A stretch of 64,000 nt of DNA from Leucoraja ocellata. Taxonomy: Eukaryota. The stretch is taken from NCBI GenBank assembly GCA_036785375.1, contig JAWMAR010000044.1, forward strand, positions 3,224,001 to 3,288,000, read 5' to 3'. A program made the position numbers and the translations under genes. Positions 1-12,097 of this stretch are shown piece after piece; position 1 is the first letter of the stretch; each line of letters starts with the position of its first letter. The notes beneath the pieces are model-generated. The model worked only from the letters and a program-made list of their open reading frames with translations. It did not search any database and was not told where the DNA came from.

Positions 1-111
1 GATAGATCTGACGCTTGCAGATCGAATGGATCGTCTGCAGATTCACTGGAAACTGACAAACCCACAACAGAACCTCAGCGGGTCAGGCAGCTCCGGGGAA
101 AGGGAAAAGAT

Positions 112-139
112 GACGTTTCGGGCCGAGACCCATCTTCAG
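112..139 (-). ncRNA. Minimal hammerhead ribozyme core in a Penelope-derived element
   Basis: Minus strand CTGAAGA-T-GGGTC-TC-GGCCC-GAAA-CG-TC: CUGANGA and GAAA boxes, stem II, palindromic ACGU helix III and a GUC site. Stem I is weak. Confidence 0.55.
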
Positions 140-1074
140 ACCCAAAATGTCACCTATTCCTTTTCTCAAGAGATGCTGCCTAATTCGCTGAGTTACTCCA
201 GCACTTTGTGTCTATCTTCGGTGTAAACCTGCATCTGCAATTCCTTCCTAAACAACAGAACCTGTTGCCTCAACATAAAGCTCTTCCCAAGTCCTCTTTG
301 TTTTGCTGTGACATTACTTCACTTAATTCCTTGCCCAGCACAGAGTTTTCAATTGGCTATCTTTACCACAGTGACCTTTCTGACAAAATGAATCCATCTT
401 TGTTTAGGTTAACATTCTGTGATTGATGTAAGTGTTGATTTATCTATAGTTGAGCATCCACCAATGTTTATCTCAAACTAGCCACCAGGAAGTACAAGGA
501 AAACCCGTTGATCGGTGGCTTTCCTGAGTTTTCTTCCCAATCTTTGGAGAAACATTTCAACTGCACCATCATTCTCTGATCAATATCTAAATGTGCAGTG
601 AACTGCAGAGATTGATTCACGTAAGACAGAAAAAAAAGGAACGAATAGAAAGAATATTTCCATGGCACTCTATCCAATCTTAGGATGACCCGAAGCAGTT
701 CACAGCCAGAGAAACATTTACACACATAGGATTTCACGATAAACGAATGTGACAATCTCCTTTAGTGATTTTAGGTAGATAAACATTTATATTAGATTAG
801 TGAGAAGAAACAAGGAACTGCAGATGCCAGAATCATCTGCAAAACATACAATACTGGAGTAATGCAGCAGTCAGACGGCTTCCCTGGAGAACTTGGATAA
901 GTAACGTTTTGGGTCAGGACCCTTCCTCAGACTGAAGAACGATCCCAACCCGAAATGGGTCCCAAGCAGACACTTCTTCAGACTGAAAAAAGTCTCCTGA
1001 TCTGAAATACCACCTTTCTATGTTCCCCAGAAATACTGCCTGACCTGCTGAGTTACTCCAGCATTTTGTGTTAA

Positions 1075-2060
1075 TATTAGATTAGACCAGTTAATTGTTG
1101 TGTACAACAGGGTGTAGTGACATTCCTTGTTCACAAGAAGCTTACAGAGTAAACAATATCCATACAGTAATGATAATTACAATCATAAATGTTACTATGA
1201 ATGCAAAAGAACAGAATAATGTAGGATTGTAGTGTAACACAAAGTGGAAAAATATTAAAGTACGATAATCGAACAACTGACTGAGGTAAAGTTAAGTGTA
1301 AGAGTATATGGTAGCATCTCCGGGAAGGAGGTATTTAGTTCAGGAGTCGGATAGCAATGGGGAAGAAGGTGTTCTTATGTGTGGACATCCAAGCATGCAA
1401 GCTCCTGTATCTTCTTTAAGAAAGTAGAGGAGAGAAAAAGGAATGGTATGGGTGGCAGGCATCTTTGACCATATCTTCAACCTTCCTGATGTAAATCACT
1501 GCGTAGATGGACTGGATGGGAAGAAATGATGAGCTTAAGTGATCAACTAGGCTATGTTCACCACTCTTGGCACGTTTAGGTAGTCGAGAGGACAGTTGGT
1601 GCCATGCCAGGATAAGTTGCATCTCATCAGAATCCTTTCCATTGCACATCATTAGAAATATGAGAGAATCCTCGAAGTACTGTCGAATCTTCTCAGAAGC
1701 CAAGGAAAGTAAATGCGCTGATGATCTTTCTTGTTCGCCACATCAATGTGAAAGGAACAGATTAGGTTGCTGGTGACATGGATGCCTCCGCACCAGTATT
1801 GAGGGATAGGGTGGAGAAAACGTTTATAACCAACACTAACCAACTGAGGTCTGCAAGTCAGGAAGTTCAGAAGCCAGTTGCAGAGTCAAGCCAAGGCCCA
1901 GAGTTTTAGGAATGAGCTTATTAGGCATTATGGTGTTGAAGGCTGTTATAGTCAATGAATAGCATTCTTTCATATTGTCAAGGTAATCCAGGGCTGAATG
2001 TAGTGCAAGGAGATGGTGTCTTCTATAGACCAATTTTTCCTTTATGCAAACTAGGTAAGA
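1075..2060 (-). mobile_element. Degenerate Rex1/Babar-like LINE 3' fragment
   Basis: AFNTIMPNKLIPK (RT motif, ORF 1836..2033) and a decayed C-terminal region. Confidence 0.6.
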
Positions 2061-2143
2061 CTCTTACTTGTCTTTCACTTCTGTTGCCTCAAAGTCTGTG
2101 CCTTTGACCCCCTCAGCACTGCACTGGAGTGTCAAACCCAGAT

Positions 2144-2175
<32 letters not shown>

Positions 2176-2250
2176 CTGGTCGACTGATCAGTTGATCGGT
2201 TGATCGATTGATCGGTTGATCGATTGGTCGATTGATCGGTTGGTCGATTA
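2144..2250. repeat. (GATT)n microsatellite decaying to GATC/GGTC/GGTT units
   Basis: Direct reading; adjoins a partial V-SINE at about 2247-2419. Confidence 0.9.
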
Positions 2251-3539
2251 ACCTGCAAATCCATACGTTTTTGGGATGTGGGAGGAAACCGCAGTAACCG
2301 GAGGAAACCAAACAGTCACAGAGAGCTCATGTGAACTTCATGCAGACAGCACCCGGGGTCAGGATCCAACCTGGGTCTTCAGAGCAATGTGAGACAGCTG
2401 CTCTACCAGCTGAACCACATACTTACTGATCCAGGCTTAAGAGCGCTATCAGTACCAAGGATATTACTTGAGGAAGTAGAGAAAGTATCTTGAAATTAAA
2501 ACAGAAAAGAATAACTATTATTTTAGGTTGTCCACCCCAAATTCTTGGTGAACAATGGCTGATATGTCCCCCCATTCACAAGACGGGGGAATGATCTGCT
2601 CCCATCGCTGTGTTGTCAGTGAGTGCTAACTGACCTGAAGAAGAAGAAGTAGGTCAACTAGTTCAATGTCTACAATTTATCAGAATCAGGACTGACACTT
2701 TCTCAGCTTATAAATTCTGTCTGATTTCATGAGGTTTCATATTCAGCCTCCACAGCTGGTCAATATTATAGACAATAGTCATACCTAACCACTTCCTCTC
2801 AACAGTTTTATAACGACATTCAATAAACTTCTATGACAGAATTTCTTTGTTATTAGTTTATGTTAAGGTCTGGATTTTGGATTCCACGTTCTTGACATAT
2901 TTTACATAGCAGGGAGTCAGATTTTCTTTCGCCTTCTTTTCAGTTTAGCAATTGTGAGAAAGTACAATGTTGTCCCTGTTTCCGCTCCTGTTGAATGAGC
3001 CTTATTCTTGTCTAAAAAATTTATATTTTACAAATGATTGCCAAATTGTCTGCTGTACTGGATTATGGACCTAACATGTGAATGAAGCCCCTGGACCCCT
3101 TTGATGAAAACGATACATCTCAAAGGTAGCAGGACATATGGAACAGCTTTGGAGCTACAAGTGCTGGCTGTGTTGTACTTTTAGAAAGCTTGCACGTTTG
3201 AATCTGAAGCCATCGTTTCACGAGCACTTCTGACAAGCCGGGCTAGAAGTAGTTTCAAAGGGGGAAAAAATGTTTTCTTTAATTCTGCGTAACATCTCCA
3301 GCTTCTGACTCATAAAGCCTTAACTGCAGCAATAGAAAATTTGCAAGGAATCTGCCAGCTCTTATTTTCAATATTATAAAAATAAACTGCTAGAAACAAA
3401 ATGCTGGAGTAACACAGCGGGTCAGGCAGCATCTCTGGAGAAAATGAATAGGTGACTTTTCGGGTTGTGACACTTATTCGGCATTTATTTTCCTTTGCTT
3501 TCGTTTGTTTAGTTTAGCTTAGTTAAGATTTAATTCAGT

Positions 3540-3757
3540 TGCGTTTTAGTTGAGTTTTAGTTTAGTTTAATTTAGTTTAGTTTAGTTTAGTTTAGTTTCG
3601 TGATACAGTGCAGGAACAGGCTCTTCAGCTTACCGAGTCCGCACTGACCAGCGATCATCTTCGACTAGCACTATCCTACACACTAGGGAAAATTTATAAT
3701 TTTCATCAGCCAATTACTGTACAAGCCTCTACGTCTTTGGATTGTGGAAGGAAATGG
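3540..3757 (-). mobile_element. V-SINE (HE1-like) 3' portion with long (TAAAC)n tail
   Basis: (tttag)n array at about 3505-3597 followed by SINE tail and body, truncated at aggaaa. Confidence 0.8.
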
Positions 3758-3887
3758 ATCAGATGCATCAACCACTTTAACAAGAATAGTTACTTCACTG
3801 AGATTTTTGAGCCATGAATTAAGGGTATCTGGCAGGAAAGTGGAGTTCAAGCTAAGGATCGTTGGCCATTGATGTTCAATTCCTACT

Positions 3888-4178
3888 TTTTTAGTTTAGT
3901 TTAGAGATACAGTGTGGAAACAGGCCCTTCAGCCCACTGACCAGCGATCCCCACACATTAACAGTATATGAAGCCTACTAACCTACAAACCTGTATGTAT
4001 TTTGGAATGTGGGAAGAAACCGATGCAGTCACAGGGAGAACGTGCAAACACCATACAGACAGCACCCGTACTCAGGATCTAACCCATGTCTCTTGCACTT
4101 CTTCTTCTTGCGTTTGAGGTCTGCATGTCTCTTGCACTGCAAGGCAGCAACTCTACCACGGCGCCACGATGCTGTCCT
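3888..4178 (-). mobile_element. V-SINE (HE1-like)
   Basis: tRNA-like head, V-domain (GTTCTCCCTGTGAC) and LINE-derived tail. Confidence 0.8.
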
Positions 4179-4584
4179 GGCGAATCTTCATTCTGAAGTC
4201 AACACCAACATTTTTGCTTCACCATCTGTTGTCTTTGAAGTAACTTACATATAAAAAAACGAACTAATTTTCAGAACCTTTATATCAACATCTTGATGTA
4301 GGTTTAATCTGTTGGTCAAAACGTTCTGCCTAATAAAATAAAATTTAGACATGTTATACCATATTATGTGGACAAATTAAGCCACTCTGATTAGTGTAGA
4401 CTCCCTTGTTAAATTATGACATTTCATGCAGATTTTACAATATCAAGTGCACTGTGATAAACCTGGTCCATAAGGGAGCAAGCAAGCCAGCATCACTCAC
4501 ACCTATGCCCTGTGGTATTTGATCTTTCCTCCCTAGAAATGGTGTAACTATTTGCATTCCTAAAACTCTTTGATAAAAGTAAAG

Positions 4585-4875
4585 TGTAGGAAGGAACTAC
4601 GTATGCTAGTTTAAGCCGAAAGTAGACACAAAAAACTGGAGTAACAGAGGGCCAGGCAACATCTCTGGAGAGAAGGAATGGGTGACGCTTCAGGCCGAGA
4701 CCCTTCTTCAGACTCTGTGTCTCCCTCTCCCTTGACTCTCAGTCTGAAAAAGGGTCTCGACCGGAAATGTTACCCATTCCTTCTATCCAGAGATGCTGCC
4801 TGTCCCGCTGAGTTACTCCAGCATTTTGTGCCAATCTTTGGTGGAAACCAGCATCTGCAGTTCCTTCGTATACAT
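4585..4875. mobile_element. Palindromic Penelope-derived short element (head-to-head terminal repeats)
   Basis: tgtaggaaggaact...ctggagtaac...ccttcttcagact, then a spacer, then agtctgaaaaaggg...gttactccagc...agttccttcgtataca. Related whole or half copies at about 50-255, 800-1072, 3390-3480, 5320-5507, 7000-7095, 7900-8035, 12910-13000, 16080-16475, 18413-18625, 26970-27250, 27590-27710, 29320-29445, 42185-42270, 44090-44185, 46124-46252, 53835-53940 and 60730-60850. Confidence 0.75.
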
Positions 4876-6055
4876 ACCAAGACACCCAAGTGTTGTACAC
4901 TGGTGTTTGCTGAATGGAAGCCATTTAGATGCCTTGAAACCAGTACAGGCATTTCTCAATTTAATTGCAAATGTTCAGAGCTACAAACTTGAGTTTGAAC
5001 TAATTGTATCTCTATGGCATATCTGATCTGTTTGGATAGGATGCAATACAAAGCTTTCCACGGTATAGATACAAGAATAAACCCAGTGACAGAGCAGTAA
5101 CGTTACTGCAGCGCCAGAGACAGTTCGATCCTGATTATGGGTGCTGATCTCTCATCAGTCACAATTCTCCCCACTCTATTTTATCTTCGTCATGTGCATA
5201 AAAGGACACAGTTGATTTTGGGATCCATCGCAATTTAATCTGCATGTCATTCAAAATGCCCCAGTATGAGGATTACCACGCCTCTAAGACATCATGGCAG
5301 CCATGAGAATTAATACTAAAGACAAACGCAAAAAGCTGGAGTAACTCAGTGGGCCAGGCAGCCTCTGTGGAGAAAAGGAATAGGTGACGTTTTGGGTTGA
5401 GACCCGTCACCTATTCCTTTTCTCCAGAGATACTGCCTGACCCACTGAGTTAATCCAGCTTTTTTGCGTTTGTCTTCGGTTTAAACCAGCATCTACAGTT
5501 CCTCCCTGGACAGAATTAATACTAAGCTGGATCTTATTAATATATGTGAATATGGTGAGGGCTTGATGGACATTAGCCTGCACTGAACATTGTAGCATTG
5601 GCACTTGAAACAATACCAAATAACGTGGAAAGATCATGATGGATCTTCTGAAATGTTCAAGGCCAACATCATACTTGCCGGGTGGGGTAGGGCATCAAGT
5701 GCAATTACTGTGACAGAGGAAACATTTCTAAAGGAGTTGAAATGAATCATCATGGAAGGTGGCCACTGTCCTAAGCAAATGTTTAACATGGATGGAGTCC
5801 GGCTCTTTTGGATGTGGATGTCTTCATGTGCATTCATTCTAAGGGGTGAGAAAACTGTTCCAGGCTTCAAGTTTGCCCACGGCTGCCTTACAATTCTCCT
5901 TTTAGACAAAGCTGATAGTAGCTGTAGGTTTTAGTTTTCGTTAAAGCCGCAAACTTTAATCAACCACTCAGAGAAACTAAGGACATTCAAAGGCCAATTT
6001 CTAAGTGGTGCGCTGGTCTAAGAAATCAGTTTGGGTAAAAGTTTCATTTTTGGTT

Positions 6056-6354
6056 CACTTAGATTAGAGATACAGCATGGAAACAGGCTCTTCAGCCCCA
6101 CTGAGCCTGCACTGACCACCATCACCCGTACACACTAGTTCTAATCTACACAGTAGGGAGAGTTTACAGAAGCCAATTAATCTATGAACCTGCACGTCTT
6201 TGGATTTTGGAGGAATCTGGAGCACCCGGAGAAAACCCACATAATCACAGGGTGAAAGGACAAACTGCAGACAGACAGCATACGTAGTCAGGATCGAACC
6301 CGGGTCACCTGCGCTGTAAGACAGCAATTTTACCTTTGTGCCACTGTGCCGCCC
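6056..6354 (-). mobile_element. V-SINE (HE1-like), full length
   Basis: GGGCGGCACAGTGGCACA head, B box GGTTCGATCC, V-domain, gcctgtttccatgctgtatctctaa tail. Confidence 0.88.
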
Positions 6355-6609
6355 TTTAAAGGTAATGCTCTTTCAACATTACATCACATTGTTTCTCTTC
6401 ACCCTTCTTTAAATGATATTGTGCAAGGATCAACCTGGACTAGAAGACTTGTCCATCTTCTGCATTCTTGCTAAATATGCCCATCAACAACCAGGCAATA
6501 TGTTTTCTCCTGAACACCACCTCCCTTTATTGTTAAAACCCACAGAAATAATCTCTGCATTCAAGGCTATCTACCAGCAGTGCAAGTTGAGGTATATCAT
6601 TTGGTATTG

Positions 6610-8780
6610 ATTTAGTGAAGATACAGTGAAAAACATTGTTTGTGTGCTATCCAGTCAAATCATACACATGTAAATCATACACACACGTGTACACATGTAA
6701 AACAGATAGTGCAAACAGAAAAATAGCAGAGTGCAGGATGTAGTATTGCAACATTATAGCCTTTAAAGCTATTGAGAAAATACAATTTTTTTAAAGTTCG
6801 ACGGCTACAATGAGGTGGGTTGGGAGATTGAGACTTCACTCTTTTTAGTTTACAAGAGGAATGTTCATTAGCTTGATAATAGCGGAGAATAAGCTGTTTC
6901 TGAATCTGATGGTAGGTGTGTCCAAGCTTTTGAACATCAATAACTGAGGAGACGGAAAAGAGGGCATGAAAGGGTTGTGATAATCTTTGATTATATTGAG
7001 TAAAACGCAAAGTGCTGGAGGAACTCAGCGGTTCAAGAAGCATCTATGGAGGGGATGGATAATTGGCGTGTCGGGTTAGGACTCTTCTTCAGAAAACATC
7101 AACATGAAGGGCAAATGGATTTGATGGGGAGAGGGTGGTTTGAGTGGTGGACTGGGCTACATCTACAGCTCTCGGCAACTTCTTGCAACCTTGGGCAGAA
7201 CTGTTGGCAAAACTAGTTGTGATATTTTCTGATAGGATAGCTTCTATGATGCACCTGTAGAAGTTGGTAAGAGTCATTGAAGATGTGCCAAACTTCCTTA
7301 GTCTTCTGAGGAAGTAGACAGACATTGGAGTGCTTTCATGGCAATAGTGTCAATTTGGTTGGACCAGGAGAAATTGTTGGCGATATTTACTCTTGACCAT
7401 CGGCACCGCAGATGCTGACTGGGGGGGGGGTTACATGACCTAATTTCCTGGTCAATAACTATGTACTTTGTCTACCTGGTATTGAGGGAGAGATTGTTGT
7501 CTTGTCACTATGTTACTAAGCTAGTATTCTGTCCCGAATTGTACGAGATCCAACCCACTATGGTGGTGTCATTGGCGAACTTGTAAATGGAGTTAGAGCA
7601 GAGTTTTACTGCACAGTCGAGAGTACGTAAGGAATAGAGTAAGAGGCTGAGAAAGCACTCTAGTGGGGCACCAGTATTAAGATTTATTATGGAGGATTTT
7701 TTATTGCTTGTCGTCACTGATTATGGTCTACAAGTCAGGAAGTTGAGGATCAAAAACAGAGGTCCGGGGGTGGGGGGGGGGGGGGGATTGCTGACTCGAT
7801 GTCCTCATTATCTCCATGTTCCGCCGATACATATAGGGCCAGGGAGATGGCATCTGATGTGGATTGTTTGGACAGTAGGCAATCTGCAGTGGATCAAGGC
7901 TGTATAGAAAGGAACTGCAGATGCTGGTTTAATCCAAGGATAAATATAAAGTGGCGGAATAACTGAGCGTGTCAGGCAGCATCTCTGGAGAACAAGGATG
8001 GGTAACATTTCAAGTCGGGACCCTTTTTCAGACAAGGATGAATGAATGAATGAATGAATGAATGATTGAATGATTGAATGATTGAATGATTGAATGAATG
8101 AATGAATGAGCAAGTTGATACTTAATGTCACATGTACCAAGGGTGCCTAGATACAATTAAAAGCTCTGTTTTGCATATGACAAAGTTACAAAAGCACCGA
8201 TCAGTCCTATCTACTGCCTGCCGCCGCATGTGGCAGAAGGGCCCCCTTTACCCCTTCCCTCCCCCCACGCCGTGTCCCTCCGCCGGGTCCCTCCGCCATG
8301 TTCCTCCGCCGGGTCCCTCTGCCGGGTCCCTCCATTGCTCTGACTGGTCAACCTCGTACTTAGTCCCTCCTCGCTCTCGGTGGCGCTGTTTTTGTTGACA
8401 CCGGTGGATCAGGGCTGATTCTGAGCCCACGGCGGGCGAACCGGACCTACCGGGCGGCTCCTCGAACGCGGATATGCGGTGGGCAATTCCTCTACCAATG
8501 TCGGTCTGCAGCGGGTGAGTCGGGCCTGCTTGCCGGGAGCTGCCATGGAGGCTGGAGTTAATGTGCATCATGACTGCTCTGAGCACTTCATGATGGTGGA
8601 TGTTAGCGCCACTGGATAGTCGACATTGAAGTACGCTACCTTGATTTTCTTTGGCACTGGGATGATAGTGGTCCTCTTAACGCTGGTGGTAACCTCAGTA
8701 TGGAGCAGGAAGAGGCTAAGGATGTCAGTGAATACTTCTGCCAGCTGGTCTGTGCAGATTCTGAGGATGTAGCCAGGGGT
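6610..8780 (-). mobile_element. Nested Rex1/Babar-like LINE fragments with inserted Penelope-derived pieces, (GAAT)n and a GC-rich tail
   Basis: YFLRRLRKFGTSSMTLTNFYRCIIEAILS (7089..7325); LNTGAPLECFLSLLLYSL...IYKFANDTTIVG (RT, 7508..7717); upstream RT sequence at 8560-8780. Confidence 0.8.
8036..8109. repeat. (GAAT)n/(GATT) microsatellite
   Basis: Direct reading. Confidence 0.9.
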
Positions 8781-9039
8781 TTAGTAGCTTCTATAAGTTG
8801 TCCCTAGTGTGTCGGATAGAACTGGTGTGTGCGGGTGATCATTGGTCAGTGTGGACTCAGTGGGCTGAAGGGCCTGGTTCCACGTTGTACCTCTAAAAAT
8901 ACTAAGATCTGAGACGTATGAAGTCGTGGAACTGCCTCTGCCAATTAGTCTTTTTCAAGACCTATTCAACAACTCTGAACAACTAAAATTAGGATCATAC
9001 TGATTCATACTGGGAAGGTTTACATTGCTATAGTGTCTT

Positions 9040-9170
9040 TACTGTCCCTTGCAGATTGTCTACAAGAACTTCCCATGAAGGACTTTGATAGTGACATTGC
9101 TTCTGTAATGCAAGAAATACTGCAGCCAATTTGCCACCAGCAAGTTCCCACAAACAAAAATGCAACAGCA
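9040..9170. mobile_element. Ancient DeuSINE (SacSINE-like) core remnant
   Basis: tagtgacattgcttctgtaatgcaagaaatactgcagccaatttgccaccagcaagttcccacaaac resembles the recalled Deu-domain. Confidence 0.5.
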
Positions 9171-9888
9171 ACACAAGGCAATGGTTATAATCCCAACAAT
9201 GACTTGCCAACCAAATAAGAACCTAATGCTAGGATACTCCCCAATGTGTGAAAACGATAATTAGGGTGTCCATTTAAATCAAAGGATATATTTTTCATTT
9301 CAAAAATGTATGTTGCAAAGATGTCACAACAGATGGAAATCAAAGTGAACTTTCAATGGATTTGAATGGAAGTAATAACTCACGACTTAATCAACTTGAT
9401 GCCACACTGATCCTCTTAAAGAAAGTGTTGCAAGATTTCCCATGATTCTTTCAGCACAAATCTACTTGACAATTGCTGATTAAACGATGGATTATTGATT
9501 TGTTTTAGCCAAAATTTATTGACACATCCACCAAAAGAGGTTTCACTTCATTACTATAGATTTATGATGACTTGCCAGCATAAAGACAAATTTCTAACAC
9601 TTAATTTTTTTTGGAACTAAATGAGTATACCTCTGTTGAAATATTGTGTGTGGAGATGTATCGTCCAATGTTAAAATATTCCAGAATGGAAAGCTATGAA
9701 TCAAAAGACACGAATTGGGGTGATGCCTCAAAATTAATTTAGGGGCTGCAAAATGCAGATGCATCAACCACTTTAACAAGAATAGTTACTTCACTGAGAC
9801 TTTTGAACCATGAATTAAGGGGATCTGGCAGGAAAGTGGAGTTCAAGCTAAGGATCAAGTTGGCCATTGATGTTCAATTCCTACTTTT

Positions 9889-10219
9889 TTAGGTGAGTTT
9901 AGAGACACGGTGCGGAAACAGGCCCTTCGGTCCACCATGTCCGCACCAACCAGCGATCCCCACACATTAACACTATCCTAGACACATTAGGGACATTTAT
10001 TTACACTTATACTAGGATTTGTAATAAGTCTATTAATCTGCAAATCTGAATGTGTTTTGGAATGTGGGAAGAAACCGAAGATCTCGGAGGAATCCCATGC
10101 GGTCACGGGGAGAACGTACAAACTCCGTAGACAGCACCCGTAGTCGGGATCGAACCGGGGTCTCTGGCGCTGCATGTGCTGTAAGGCAACAACTCTACCG
10201 TTGTGCCACTGTGCCACCC
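9889..10219 (-). mobile_element. V-SINE (HE1-like), full length
   Basis: A box TGGCACAACGGT, B box GGTTCGATCC, V-domain, tail. Confidence 0.88.
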
Positions 10220-10920
10220 TTGTTTCTGATGTTCTTAAGTGTGGAATATTTTCAGATGTTTTCTTGACATTTAATACATGCAAATTTCATTTCTACCATT
10301 TTTCCCATTGGGGAAACAACTTACAATTTATGAGAAATTGTCTCCTAAAATCTAAATAGATAGCTCTTCTTTTGCAAGCAAGTCAGACAAAATGGATGAA
10401 CGGCCTACTTCCTTGAAGAAGCCCCTTGCTTATTCCTGCCCCTATGATTTACTGATCAATACACACACTCTGTTTGTCCCATTCCAATCTGTACTGGTGG
10501 GATGATTTTCAAAAACTATATACGATTGGAGACTGGAATGGAGATGCGGAATAGTACACATAATAGAACTGCTGCCTCACAGCTCCAATGACACAGATTT
10601 GATCCTGACCGCCTTTGCTATCTATGTGGAGTTTGACTGTTTTCCCTGTGATTATTTAGATTTCCTCCCAAATCCCTAAATATCACTATTATAATTTTAT
10701 CTAATGTGTAGGTGAATGGCAGAATCTGAGGGGAAATTAATGGGAGTGTGATGATAAAAATGTGATTAATGTAAATTAAAGACTCAGTGCCTGTTTCTGT
10801 GATTCATAATATTTTTCTGAACTAATAATCATAATGCTGTGCCAAATAAATATTATATAATTGTGAATATAATTAACTGTGTATTAATTAATAATGGCAC
10901 TATATTCATATAATGCTTAT

Positions 10921-11235
10921 GGGTGATACAATGGCAGTGTTGCTGCCACTTAGCACCAGAGGCCTGGCTTCAATTCTGACCTCGAGTGCTGTCTGCATGG
11001 GGTTTGCACGTTTTCTTCCCGTGACCACGTGGGTTTCCTTCAGGTGCTCCGGTTTCCTCCCACATCCCACAGACAGTAGGTTTGTAGGTTAAATGGCCTC
11101 AGTAAATTGACCCAAGTGTGGATGAGAAGGTGGATAACATAGTACTAGTGTGAATGGGTGATCGATGGTTGGCATGGATTCGGTGGGCCAAAGAAACTGT
11201 TTCCATGCTGTATCTCCAAATTAAACCAAACTAAA
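10921..11235 (+). mobile_element. V-SINE (HE1-like)
   Basis: gtgggtttccttcaggtgctccggtttcctcccaca core and aaactaaa tail. Confidence 0.85.
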
Positions 11236-11803
11236 TGCCCCTGAATGGAATTGAAATATCCTGCCCCTAATGCCATCAACTGATTACATAAAAGCAACTG
11301 AACAAGTTGTTTTTTACTTGTAAAATATTATATTAACAATTCTTCATGTGACATTGATTGTGACTGACACAATTATGTGGAATGAGTAAGTATAATATTT
11401 GCATTAAAATGTGATCTGGATATTATATCTGGACCACCAGAAAATATTCCAAAAATAAGAAATTTGCCTACTGCTCCTGTTAGAATACATTTACAAAAGG
11501 AATGAGAATGCAGATCTAGTGCAGATTACATTTGGCATAATCCTCATGAAAGGCTGATCAGAAGTGCTTTGCTTGAGCTAGGATCTCTTATTGAACAATT
11601 TTTTGATCGATGGGCAAATTAGCTTTAATGGTTTTAATCATTTGAAATAAGTCTAATGCAGATGTCAGCTGATGCCGGGTGCTTTGGCTGCAGAGACTAA
11701 AGTTTAAAAAAAAAACAGCTCGGAGTTTTATGTGGAAGCCCCCACAAGGCAGAGCGTTTGTGCTTAGCACCTTCCTCCAGCCCAAAGCCCACAGCAGCAC
11801 AGT

Positions 11804-12097
11804 CGGCAGCACGGTGGCACAGTGGTAGAGTTGCTGCCTTACAGCGCCAGACACCCGGGTTCAATCCTGACTACGGGTGTTGTCGGAACGGAGATGGGAC
11901 AGCAGGGGTTTTCTACGGATGTTCTGATTTTCTCCCACATCCCAAAGACGTGCGGGTTTGTAGGTTAATTGGCTTCTGTAAATTGTCCCTAGAGTGTAGG
12001 ATAGAACTAATGTTTGGCGTAATCATTGGTCGACACGGATTCGGTGGGCCGAAGGGCCTGTTGACACGCTGTATCTCTGAGCTAAACTAAACTAAAC
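11804..12097 (+). mobile_element. V-SINE (HE1-like), full length
   Basis: ggcagcacggtggcacagtggtagag...gggttcaatcc...gggccgaagggcctg...ctaaactaaactaaa. Confidence 0.88.

Noticed and set aside
8190-8560. GC-rich patch with ccgccgggtccct repeats as a CpG-island promoter
   Set aside because: It sits behind a LINE-type tail within nested Rex1-like fragments, so a repeat origin is more likely.
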